This document shows positions 47,554-55,859 of a stretch of DNA of 64,000 nt, piece after piece (position 1 is the first letter of the stretch; each line of letters begins with the position of its first letter). The position numbers and the translations under genes are program-made. Under the pieces are notes generated by a model that was not told the origin of the DNA, did not search any database, and worked only from the letters and a program-made list of their open reading frames with translations. Source of the DNA: Bryobacteraceae bacterium. GTDB taxonomy: Bacteria; Acidobacteriota; Terriglobia; Bryobacterales; Bryobacteraceae. Location: positions 12,243-76,242 of the forward strand of contig JANRLE010000380.1 in NCBI GenBank assembly GCA_033762895.1. Direction: 5' to 3'.

Positions 47554-48411
47554 TCAGCAGTGGCGAAAGTGCAGAGGATCGCGCAGATTCTGCAGTTCCC
47601 GGTAGTAGTACAACGGAGTGGGGCGGCGATCCCGGAATCTTAGTAACTTCAGAAACTCGATTTCCTCGTCCGTCGCGTTTGCGCTGAGCAGCGGGTCCCT
47701 GAGGAACTCCTCGAACCCCGGCTCGACGTGGAAGGGGCCATCCGGCTCGCGCTCCACAAACTCGAACCTCTTGAGATGGCCCAGTGTGAGCCGGCGGTTG
47801 AGCACGATGGCCACGCCGAAGGTTTCCAGATCGATGTCCCATGATTCGATCAGCGGATCCATGAACGAAACGCAGTTGTCCACGGATACGTGAAACACGT
47901 CGGTGTCGAGAAACTCAAGGATCATCACCCGGGTCTGTTCGTAGCTGCGTCCGCCGAGCCGCGCCACCATGCGCAGCCACTTCTCGCTCTCCAGTTCCTC
48001 TCTGGCGACGTTCTTGGCCACATCCAGCAACTTCTGCGTCACCAGTCGCTCCAGTTCGCCGAAGGGCTCGCGGGAAAAGATGTCACGGATGCGGCCTACG
48101 CTTGCCGGACTGCACTTGCGCAGCACCAGTTCGCGGAACTCCTTGAAGAGAGGTAGCGGCGGTTCTTCGACGCGCTTTTTGAGGGACTCGGCCCGCTGAA
48201 GGTCGGCCAGTTTGGAGAGTTCGCCGGCATGGAGACCGAGGAACTGCTCAATTTTCTCGTAGACGTCGGTACGGTTGGGAGCCGGCGGCGTCTTGCGTCC
48301 GGCCAGCAATTGCGAGATGTAGGACTCGGTCACCTCCGCGGCGGCGGCCAGGCTTCTCTGTTCTTTTCCAAGTTCCTTCAGACGGCGCCGGATCACCTGC
48401 GCAAGATCCAT
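47554..48411 (-). CDS. XRE-family HTH protein with a large uncharacterised C-terminal domain
   Basis: Start MDLAQVIRRRLKELGKEQRSLAAAAEVTESYISQLLAGRK (Cro/C1-type HTH) at 48411, with AAGGGGGA upstream. The remaining about 220 aa carry no motif I recognise (no HExxH). Confidence 0.65.
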   Translation of the reverse strand: MDLAQVIRRRLKELGKEQRSLAAAAEVTESYISQLLAGRKTPPAPNRTDVYEKIEQFLGLHAGELSKLADLQRAESLKKRVEEPPLPLFKEFRELVLRKCSPASVGRIRDIFSREPFGELERLVTQKLLDVAKNVAREELESEKWLRMVARLGGRSYEQTRVMILEFLDTDVFHVSVDNCVSFMDPLIESWDIDLETFGVAIVLNRRLTLGHLKRFEFVEREPDGPFHVEPGFEEFLRDPLLSANATDEEIEFLKLLRFRDRRPTPLYYYRELQNLRDPLHFRHC

Positions 48412-48482
48412 TGTGCTTCCCCCTTGGGCAGCGAGTTCACCAGCAGCGATTAAGCGGACGCCCGCAGTATACCGGGATGGCC

Positions 48483-48511
48483 TTGACAAGTAAAGAGACT
48501 TCACCGACAAT
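48483..48511 (+). promoter_or_regulatory. candidate sigma70-type promoter for the small-gene operon
   Basis: TTGACA, a 17-nt spacer, then GACAAT, about 100 nt upstream of the first ATG (48613). Confidence 0.35.
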
Positions 48512-48612
48512 GGTTAAGGAGCGTGCTATTTCGCCTGCTCTGCGGATCAACCGGGCTAAGCCGGCCTGTCCGCCCCTCTTGCTTAGCAACCACGACAACC
48601 TGGGAGGTTGCG

Positions 48613-48768
48613 ATGTCTGATCCGAGCACAACCACAGCCTTCTTCCTGGTACCGGGATTGGCCTCCGCCTGCGGCATCCTGAGCTTGGCGCTGGCCTGGG
48701 CCGCCTGGCAGCGATCCTCCCGGCTTTCGATTCCTTTGATCGTGAAATTGAAGCGCAGCGGGAAGTGA
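48613..48768 (+). CDS. 51-aa single-pass membrane protein
   Basis: GGGAGG lies 6 nt upstream of the ATG. Product is MSDPSTTTAFFLVPGLASACGILSLALAWAAW plus a basic tail. Its stop overlaps the next start (GTGA). Confidence 0.4.
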   Translation: MSDPSTTTAFFLVPGLASACGILSLALAWAAWQRSSRLSIPLIVKLKRSGK

Positions 48769-49025
48769 CGGGAGGCTCCGAAGAGTACATGAAGGCTCGC
48801 GAGACGACGATGATCACGTTGAAGATCAGTTCCGCAGAGTTGGAACTGTTGACTGCACTGGCTTCGGATCAGCTATTCCGCCGGGAATTTATCGATCCCA
48901 AGATGCCAGGCCACAAGAACAACGCCGAGGAAACCATTCTCGGTAAAGCCCTGGTTGCGCGGCTACGGACCGTGCTCGGCCATGGCAGCCCGGCAAAGAC
49001 AGTGCCGGCCAGAATGGTGGGCTGA
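48765..49025 (+). CDS. hypothetical protein (about 71-86 aa)
   Basis: Coding-like composition. GTG at 48765 is coupled to the upstream stop; internal ATGs are possible starts. Its stop overlaps the next ATG (TGATG). Confidence 0.45.
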   Translation: MTGGSEEYMKARETTMITLKISSAELELLTALASDQLFRREFIDPKMPGHKNNAEETILGKALVARLRTVLGHGSPAKTVPARMVG

Positions 49026-49321
49026 TGCCGTTTGAACAGCGTTTTCCGCGATCATTCAATGCCGCCTCGGTGCGCGAGCATGCGCCGCAGGTTTCGGGCG
49101 TTTATGGGATTTCGAATGCGGCCGAGTGGATCTACATCGGCGAAAGCGACAACATACAAGGCACGCTGCTGGCGCACCTGCTCGACCGGCAAAATCCGCT
49201 TTTCGGAATGCGTCCGACGGGATTTGTGTTTGAGATCTGCGCGCGGGCAGGCAGACCTGCCCGGCAGGACCGGCTGGTGCTGGAGTACGAGCCGGTCTGC
49301 AACCGCCAGTTGCCGCGTTAG
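49025..49321 (+). CDS. GIY-YIG-like small protein
   Basis: SGVYGIS (GIY), 5 residues, WIYIGES (YIG), NIQGTLLAH (helix 1), FVFEI and LEYEPVCN (Glu/Asn region). About 98 aa, the size of a stand-alone GIY-YIG module. Confidence 0.55.
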   Translation: MPFEQRFPRSFNAASVREHAPQVSGVYGISNAAEWIYIGESDNIQGTLLAHLLDRQNPLFGMRPTGFVFEICARAGRPARQDRLVLEYEPVCNRQLPR

Positions 49322-49373
49322 CCGCCTGGCGTTGCGGTTTGGGTTCGGATGGAACAGTGATAAGGAGATACCA

Positions 49374-49733
49374 GTGGCAACTGCGGCGACGCAATTCGTT
49401 CTCAAAGGATTCAGCCAGGAGACTGGATTCCGGATCTTCGTGTTCGAATGCCACATGCCGGACCGGACCCGGACTCCGCTAACGGTGAAGGCCGACATGG
49501 CGTTGGCGCGCAAGTACAACATCGCGCTACAGGAGCTTCCGCTGCTGTGCCGCGAAATCCTTGAGCGCTACGATCAGGCCGGCGGCGACCGCACGTTCAC
49601 GTATACCGAAGACGACATGGCGCGTCACTCCACTGAGCGCGCGGCCCGCGCCGAAGCTTCCAAGAGGAAACATCCGCCGCGCCGCCCGGCGACGGACAAT
49701 GCCGGTGCGGCCTGGCGTCATCCGCCGGGGTAA
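49374..49733 (+). CDS. hypothetical protein (119 aa) with basic C-terminal tail
   Basis: AAGGAGA lies 5 nt upstream of the GTG. Contains FRIFVFEC...TVKADMALARKYNIALQELPLLCREILE. The upstream part of ORF 49032..49733 overlaps the GIY-YIG gene in another frame and is rejected. Confidence 0.5.
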   Translation: MATAATQFVLKGFSQETGFRIFVFECHMPDRTRTPLTVKADMALARKYNIALQELPLLCREILERYDQAGGDRTFTYTEDDMARHSTERAARAEASKRKHPPRRPATDNAGAAWRHPPG

Positions 49734-49894
49734 GGATCGATTCACCAAAACCCAGAGACCGGCGAGTCCAGAGGTCTTGTTGACCACTGCGACACGGCGC
49801 CGGTGCTCGCCAGTCGGATCAGTGCGCTGATGCGTCTGCATCATTGCTCCATTCCCCTTCCTGAGACAAGATCGGGGAAGAAAGGAGGCAGACG

Positions 49895-50320
49895 ATGAAA
49901 ACGATGATTGGTTTTCTTTGCGCACTTGCGCTCGCCGGCGTCCTGATTGCGGAGAGTTCAGTGCCGCTGGTTGCCGACATGCCCTTTGCGTTCTACGTAG
50001 GGGAGCAGTGGATGCGGGCGGGCGAATATAGCGTGCAGCGCGAAGCCGGCAGATCGCTGGTGTGGGTATCGCCATCCGAGCCCGCCGCCCGCGCAGTGTA
50101 CTTCGCCTTCGGCGCCGCAGCGAAAGTGAAGGAATCCCGGCAAAACCTGCTGGTCTTCAACAAGTACGGCGAACGGTACTTTCTCTCGCAGATCATCCAC
50201 GCCGGTGACAACGTCGCAAGCGAACTTACCAGGTCCGCGCGGGAGCGTGAGATCGTCACCAGTACGTTGGTCAGCGGCATCCGCCCCACGCGAGTGGTGA
50301 TTGTCGCGCATGTCCGCTGA
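49895..50320 (+). CDS. secreted hypothetical protein
   Basis: GAAAGGAGG RBS, signal peptide MKTMIGFLCALALAGVLIA and a LVFNKYGERYFLSQI motif. Function unknown. Confidence 0.6.
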   Translation: MKTMIGFLCALALAGVLIAESSVPLVADMPFAFYVGEQWMRAGEYSVQREAGRSLVWVSPSEPAARAVYFAFGAAAKVKESRQNLLVFNKYGERYFLSQIIHAGDNVASELTRSAREREIVTSTLVSGIRPTRVVIVAHVR

Positions 50321-50333
50321 CGGGCGCGCCGCT

Positions 50334-50996
50334 TTAGGACACGATATGTTCCCTCACCGCGCGGAGCACGGCTTCGGTACGCGAATGTGCCGAGAGCTTT
50401 TGTAAGATGTGCTGGATGTGATTACGCACGGTGATTTCATGGATGTTCAGCTCCTGGCTCACGGAGCGGGTGGACAGACCGCGGGCCAGGAGTTGAAGGA
50501 TTTCCACTTCGCGGGTGGTTAATGCCAGATGAGGAGCCGGGGCCGGCGACAATAGGTGTTCGATATCGTGCCCGGTCAATGCCCCTACCTGAGCCAGGAA
50601 CCTCCGTGTCACCGTTTCCAGTCTCTTGCGAACCGTAACGTCCCGCGCCAGGTGTATGACCAACAGTTCCTTTTCGGGCGTGCGGGTGTGCAAAACCGAC
50701 AGGTTCACCCATTTCGTACTCCCGGCTGTTAGCTTCACTTTCAGATCGAAGCACGGAACCGGTAGCCCCTGGGCAGCCATCCGGATCACCGGACAATCCC
50801 CGCGGCACACTGGTGCGCCAATTGCATCCACACCCTCCAGCAGGGCGGCACATGGACGATGCACGGCTTCGCTTGCGGGGACGCCGAACAGTTCTTCCGC
50901 CGCACGGTTCCAATGGCGGACAGTTCCATCGATGCCAACGGCGAATCCCGCATCCGCCGTCCCAATGAGCAATTCCAAAACATCGTGCTCCCGCAT
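50334..50996 (-). CDS. PAS-domain / LuxR-type HTH transcriptional regulator
   Basis: Start MREHDVLELL at 50996. PAS-like GIDGTVRHWNRAAEELFG. C-terminal LTTREVEILQLLARGLSTRSVSQELNIHEITVRNHIQHILQKL. Confidence 0.75.
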   Translation of the reverse strand: MREHDVLELLIGTADAGFAVGIDGTVRHWNRAAEELFGVPASEAVHRPCAALLEGVDAIGAPVCRGDCPVIRMAAQGLPVPCFDLKVKLTAGSTKWVNLSVLHTRTPEKELLVIHLARDVTVRKRLETVTRRFLAQVGALTGHDIEHLLSPAPAPHLALTTREVEILQLLARGLSTRSVSQELNIHEITVRNHIQHILQKLSAHSRTEAVLRAVREHIVS

Positions 50997-51043
50997 GGCC
51001 GGCACTCCGCCACTGGAGGCTCTTGCAGATAGAGGGCCAGACT

Positions 51044-52048
51044 TCACCTGAAAATGAGGGTGGGGCCGCCGGACCCAGCCGCCCAGATCCGCCCATCGGC
51101 GATGTCCAAGGTGTGGTAGCCAGGCGGCACACTTTCCGTCCAGGTGCGCCCGCCGTCGCTGGACTGTACAGTGCCGGAGGGGCCGGTGGCCACCAGCACA
51201 TCTCCGCGCCAGCGCACCGCACTGAGGTAGAGGGGCGGACCTTGCACCGGGGTCCACGTCAGGCCGCCGTCACCGGTGACGGCAACATGGCCCCGGGCCT
51301 CACCCGGCTTCTGAAAATCGCCACCCACCACAATGCCCCGGCGATGGTCCTGGAAGGCGATGGAGAAGATGCCCGAGGAAGCCCCATCGTGACGCACGGG
51401 CGTCTCGGAGGCATCCCAAGTGCGGCCCCAATCGCTTGACCGGAAAACGCGGCCGCCACCTTTTCCCCCGGTGGCGAACCAGGCCCTGCCGCCGGTACCG
51501 ACAATGAGACAGGTACCGCTGGCGGCAAAGGCGGATTCGCCGGGCCGCGCCTCAGGCAGACGTTCGGGACGCCGCCATGACTTGCCGCCGTCATCGGTGA
51601 GCCTGATGTCGAAGGTGGCGCCGGCCGGATCCCCCATCAACACACCGCGCCGCGGATTCCAGAATGCGATGGCGTCCCAGAAACCTTTAGGGGCATCGTT
51701 TGCCAGCAGCAGGCGCCAGTTCGTCCCGCCGTCGATGGTGTGATAAAGCCGCGACGCCGGGCCGGGACCGGCGCTGAGCGCAAATGCGGAGTTGGCGTCG
51801 AAGGCTTCGATATCGCGGAAATCGAGGGCTTCGGTGGCCGGAGGGCTTACCCGCCGCCACGTTACGCCGCCGTCAGTGGTGCGCAAGATCGCGCCCTCAG
51901 TTCCGCCCGCCCAGGCGATCCTGCCGCTGACGGCGCTCAGTCCGCGGAAACTCGCCGCGTTTGCCATGATCGCCAGCGCAAAGAGGGAAAAAATCAACTG
52001 GACATTCCGGTGGGTTCTGCCGATGGAGGGAGAGGCGGGAGTCAGCAT
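51044..52048 (-). CDS. BNR/Asp-box repeat beta-propeller protein (Ycf48-like), secreted
   Basis: Six Asp-box-like repeats (TDGGVTW, IDGGTNW, DDGGKSW, SDWGRTW, GDGGLTW, SDGGRTW). Start MLTPAS... at 52048 with signal LIFSLFALAIMANA. The longer ORF N-terminus looks non-coding. Confidence 0.7.
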   Translation of the reverse strand: MLTPASPSIGRTHRNVQLIFSLFALAIMANAASFRGLSAVSGRIAWAGGTEGAILRTTDGGVTWRRVSPPATEALDFRDIEAFDANSAFALSAGPGPASRLYHTIDGGTNWRLLLANDAPKGFWDAIAFWNPRRGVLMGDPAGATFDIRLTDDGGKSWRRPERLPEARPGESAFAASGTCLIVGTGGRAWFATGGKGGGRVFRSSDWGRTWDASETPVRHDGASSGIFSIAFQDHRRGIVVGGDFQKPGEARGHVAVTGDGGLTWTPVQGPPLYLSAVRWRGDVLVATGPSGTVQSSDGGRTWTESVPPGYHTLDIADGRIWAAGSGGPTLIFR

Positions 52049-52307
52049 GGATACCAAGGCGCACACTGAGGGCAACCTGATTGTACTCGACTTCGCGACG
52101 CTGCCCGAAGCGTTGCAACTCTGGAAACCGTGGACAGACGCGCGGCGGCGCGCCGAGATTACCGACATCCTGCATGAAGCGCTGGCTTCAGCCGGACTCA
52201 GCCTGGAGGTGCGGGTGCAAGGCAAGACCGTCGTACATCTGGGCGAACCCGAAAAGGCGGGGCTGATTCTTGGCCTGGTCAGCAAGGGCTATTGCGCGAC
52301 GCCCTGA
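52047..52307 (+). CDS. hypothetical protein (86 aa)
   Basis: GGGAG lies 5 nt upstream of the ATG. Balanced composition (MDTKAHTEGNLIVLDFATLPEALQLWKPW...), whereas the antisense frame is Ser/Arg/Cys-rich. Confidence 0.4.
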   Translation: MDTKAHTEGNLIVLDFATLPEALQLWKPWTDARRRAEITDILHEALASAGLSLEVRVQGKTVVHLGEPEKAGLILGLVSKGYCATP

Positions 52308-52313
52308 CGCCCC

Positions 52314-53270
52314 TCAGATCACCACTTCATCCAACTCGCGCCGCGGCGTGGCCTTCACCTGCGGCCCGTAGCCAAAGCGCAGCACCAGTTGAGGATAGCC
52401 CGACGCGCCAATCAGGCTGCGCAGTCGCCCCCGCAAGGCGGGAGTCTCCACCGGTTGGTTGAGGAACGAGGCCGACACGCCTTCCACCCGCAGCCGCAGC
52501 AACACGCGTTGCAGCGCCTGTCCCGCCGCCAGCCATGCCGCCGGATAATCCTCGGGTGTGCCCAACACTGTCAGCCCCGGCGAACCCTCCGCCAGTTGCC
52601 GGTCCATCGCGGCCTGCCCGGTCCCCCAATCGAAGGTTCGCACCACAAACGGGCCCAGGTAGGACAGCAGATCTCCCATGCCCTGCGCGTAGCCCGGCAG
52701 CCCATCCCTGCTGTCACTGCGGTTGGGATGGACCCACTCAGCCAACTCGCGGCGGAAGGAGACGTCGGCGCCCTGCAAGCGATCGCCTTCGGCAATCAGA
52801 TTGGCCAACTCATGCCGTTCCGCCTCCCGCTCCACCGGATGGAGCCACGCCCCTTCGGACTCCGCAGCTTCCCGAAGCGCTTCGGCCAAACCCGCCGGCA
52901 GCGGCCGGTCCTCAAACCTATGACGGTTGGTGTGGCGTACCGGGATCACCAGGAAGAGCGCTTCCTCCAGTTCGCCCGGTCTGGTGGCGGCGCCCCGGCT
53001 CACCCGCGCCAGTAAGTCCGGCTGCCCCGGATCGGGAAACGCTGCCACCAGCGGCTGATAGCCGGAGTGCGTCATCGCCAGCCGCAGGTTCAGCAACGCC
53101 GCTCCGCAACTGATGATCAACTCCCGGTCATCGGGGTCCACCACGGGCAGCCTCCGCGACCGGTCCGCAAACAAATCGATGTGGTCATCTGCCACACGAA
53201 AGAGCCAAGGCTGCGTGTTATGACCCGACGGCGCCAATACGGCGTATTGCAATAGCGACCGGAGATTCAT
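52314..53270 (-). CDS. nitroreductase-family (Acg-like) FMN oxidoreductase
   Basis: Start MNLRSLLQYAVLAPSGHNTQPWLF at 53270. Two-lobed nitroreductase-like length. Confidence 0.75.
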   Translation of the reverse strand: MNLRSLLQYAVLAPSGHNTQPWLFRVADDHIDLFADRSRRLPVVDPDDRELIISCGAALLNLRLAMTHSGYQPLVAAFPDPGQPDLLARVSRGAATRPGELEEALFLVIPVRHTNRHRFEDRPLPAGLAEALREAAESEGAWLHPVEREAERHELANLIAEGDRLQGADVSFRRELAEWVHPNRSDSRDGLPGYAQGMGDLLSYLGPFVVRTFDWGTGQAAMDRQLAEGSPGLTVLGTPEDYPAAWLAAGQALQRVLLRLRVEGVSASFLNQPVETPALRGRLRSLIGASGYPQLVLRFGYGPQVKATPRRELDEVVI

Positions 53271-53331
53271 CGCTTGCCTCCAGGTTCCAAAAGGGAGCAC
53301 GTCCTTTGCCAATGGTCCGGATGAGCATAAA

Positions 53332-55854
53332 ATGAAGGTCGTGACCTCCGCTGCACTCCTTCTGCTTGGCGCCTCCCTTCTGGCGGCGGCGCCCGATTTT
53401 GTCCGTGAGGTGGAACCGATCCTCAAGAAGAACTGCACGGGCTGTCATGGCGCGGCCGTGCAGACCAGCGGTCTTCGATTGGACCGTTCCACTGACGCAT
53501 TGCGGGGAGGCTATTCCGGTCCGGCCATCCAGCCGGGCAACGCCGCCGCCAGCAAACTGATCCAACTGGTGGAGGCCGGCAAGATGCCGCCCGCGGGTAA
53601 GAAACTCGCCGCGGCAGAAGTGGGCATACTCAAGGCCTGGATCACGGCTGGCGCGAAATTCCCGGCTGAAACGGGGCCGGTCCGATCGCAGCAGAGAACA
53701 TCGCATTGGTCATTCCAGCCAATTCGCCGCCCCGCCGAACCTGTGGTTGGAAACGCCGCCTGGAGCAGGAACGCCATCGATCGTTTTGTGCTGGCCCGGT
53801 TGGAGAAAGAGCGCATCCAGCCTTCGCCGGAAGCGGAAAAAACCGCGCTGTTGCGCAGGCTTTCGCTGGACCTGACCGGCCTTCCACCCACCCCCGCGGA
53901 AATGGAGGACTTCCTCACCGACACAACATCGGGCGCCTACGAACGCGCCGTGGAACGTCTTCTGCATTCGCCCCATTACGGAGAGAAGTGGGCGCGTCAT
54001 TGGCTGGATCTGGCCCGCTACGCCGATTCCGACGGCTATGAGAAAGACAGCCCGCGGCCCTGGGCATGGCGCTATCGCCACTGGGTGATCGATGCGCTTA
54101 ACAAGGACATGGGCTTCGACCGTTTTACGATCGAGCAACTCGCCGGCGACTTACTGCCCAATCCAACGCCCGATCAGAAAGCGGCCGTGGGCTTTTACCG
54201 CAACTCGCTGACCAATCGCGAAGGCGGCGTCGATACCGAAGAATTCCGCATTGCCCAGGTGAAGGACCGCGCGAGCACCGTCGGCACAACCTGGCTTGGC
54301 CTCAGCGTGGGTTGCGCGGAATGTCACGACCATAAGTACGACCCGATTTCGCAGCGGGAGTTTTACTCGCTGTTCGCATTCTTCAATCAGTTGATGGACC
54401 ATGACGTGGAAGCGCCGCTGCCCGGCGAACTCGGGCCCTGGCTGGCCGCCCGTCCTGGCTACGAGGCCTCGCGTCAGGCGATGTTTGCCAGCTACGGAGG
54501 CCCTGAGTTGATGCGGGAATGGCGGGCGAAGCTGTTGAGGGCGGCCGATCAGCCGGGCAACAACGACCCCATCCAGTTTGCATGGAAATACGTCGGCAAC
54601 CTGACCAACGGCCTTCAGCCCGTTCTGCGCCTGGAGGAATCACAGCGGCCGCGCGAGCAGCATGAACAGTTGGTGGATTATTTCATCGATCGGGCCGGTG
54701 ACGTCTTTTCGAAGGAAGAGCTGGCATTGCGAAACTGGCAGTCGCTGCGCAAGGAATGGGCGGCGCTGGAGGCTTCGGCGCCGAAGATCACAATGGCGCA
54801 GTCGGTGCGGCAGTCCTTCTCGCCGCGTAAGAGCCATATCCTGATGCGCGGCGATTTCCGCAGTCCCGGCGTGGAAGTGTTGCCGGGCACCATGGCGGCG
54901 CTGCCTCCAATGAAGGGTGAGGCGAACCGCCTGAACCTGGCGCGCTGGCTGGTCTCAAGGGAGAATCCGCTCAGCGCGCGGGTGACGGTAAACCGCGTGT
55001 GGCAGGAATACTTCGGCCGCGGCCTGGTTTTCACTTCAGAAGATTTCGGCGCGCGCGGCGAGAAGCCTTCGCACCCCGAGTTACTCGACTGGCTTTCAGC
55101 CGAGTTTATGGAGAGCGGCTGGCGCTTCAAGCATCTGCACCGGCTAATCGTGACCTCCTCCACCTACCGCCAGTCTTCCAAGGCGCGCCACGATTTGAAG
55201 GAGAAGGACCCCGATAACCAACTGTTGGCCCGGCAGACGCGGTTGCGACTGCCTGCCGAAGCGATCCGCGATTCCGCGCTCGCCGCCGCCGGATTACTGA
55301 CGCCCACCATCGGTGGGCCGGGCGTGCGGCCGCCCCAGCCCAAGGGCGTCACCGAACTCAGCTATGCCAACAGTGTGAAATGGCCGGAGTCGGACGGTCC
55401 TGACCGTTACCGCCGCGGGCTCTACATCTTCTTCCAGCGCACCGTGCCGTATCCGCAGTTGATGACGTTCGATTCGCCGGATGCGGTGCAGGCCTGCAGC
55501 CGCAGGCAGCGCTCCACCACTCCGCTGCAGGCGCTCAACCTGCTGAACGACCCGGTATTTCTGGAAGCCGCGCAGTCACTGGGCGTGCGGCTGTTGCGGG
55601 AAGCCCCGCCGTCCTTTGATGAGCGCATGAAGCTGGCCTTCCGGCTCTGCCTGGGCCGCGACCCCAAGCCGAAAGAAGCCGAGGCCATGGGCCGCTACTA
55701 TCAAAAGGAACTGGCTGCCCTGCAGGCAAACCCGGAAGAGGCGCGCTATCTTCACCCGCAGACGGTCGCTCAAGCCGCTCCGTCAGAAGGCGGAGCCTGG
55801 ACCGTGATGGCGCGTGTGCTGCTCAATCTTGACGAGTTTATTCACAGGGAATAG
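53332..55854 (+). CDS. PSCyt1/DUF1549/DUF1553 domain protein
   Basis: Signal peptide, CTGCHG, LTGLPPTPAEMEDF (DUF1549), CAECHDHKYDP and a C-terminal DUF1553-like region. Paralogous in architecture to 35885..38548. Confidence 0.85.
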   Translation: MKVVTSAALLLLGASLLAAAPDFVREVEPILKKNCTGCHGAAVQTSGLRLDRSTDALRGGYSGPAIQPGNAAASKLIQLVEAGKMPPAGKKLAAAEVGILKAWITAGAKFPAETGPVRSQQRTSHWSFQPIRRPAEPVVGNAAWSRNAIDRFVLARLEKERIQPSPEAEKTALLRRLSLDLTGLPPTPAEMEDFLTDTTSGAYERAVERLLHSPHYGEKWARHWLDLARYADSDGYEKDSPRPWAWRYRHWVIDALNKDMGFDRFTIEQLAGDLLPNPTPDQKAAVGFYRNSLTNREGGVDTEEFRIAQVKDRASTVGTTWLGLSVGCAECHDHKYDPISQREFYSLFAFFNQLMDHDVEAPLPGELGPWLAARPGYEASRQAMFASYGGPELMREWRAKLLRAADQPGNNDPIQFAWKYVGNLTNGLQPVLRLEESQRPREQHEQLVDYFIDRAGDVFSKEELALRNWQSLRKEWAALEASAPKITMAQSVRQSFSPRKSHILMRGDFRSPGVEVLPGTMAALPPMKGEANRLNLARWLVSRENPLSARVTVNRVWQEYFGRGLVFTSEDFGARGEKPSHPELLDWLSAEFMESGWRFKHLHRLIVTSSTYRQSSKARHDLKEKDPDNQLLARQTRLRLPAEAIRDSALAAAGLLTPTIGGPGVRPPQPKGVTELSYANSVKWPESDGPDRYRRGLYIFFQRTVPYPQLMTFDSPDAVQACSRRQRSTTPLQALNLLNDPVFLEAAQSLGVRLLREAPPSFDERMKLAFRLCLGRDPKPKEAEAMGRYYQKELAALQANPEEARYLHPQTVAQAAPSEGGAWTVMARVLLNLDEFIHRE

Positions 55855-55859
55855 GTCTT

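Noticed and set aside
49032-49373. First 114 codons of ORF 49032..49733
   Set aside because: They overlap the GIY-YIG-like gene in another frame and have poor composition. A GTG with an AAGGAGA RBS at 49374 gives a sensible separate gene.
50997-51257. N-terminal extensions of ORFs 50334..51257, 51044..52285 and 52314..53438
   Set aside because: The extended parts overlap neighbouring genes and are Arg/Ser/Cys/Pro-rich. Internal ATGs coincide with the start of recognisable domains or signal peptides.
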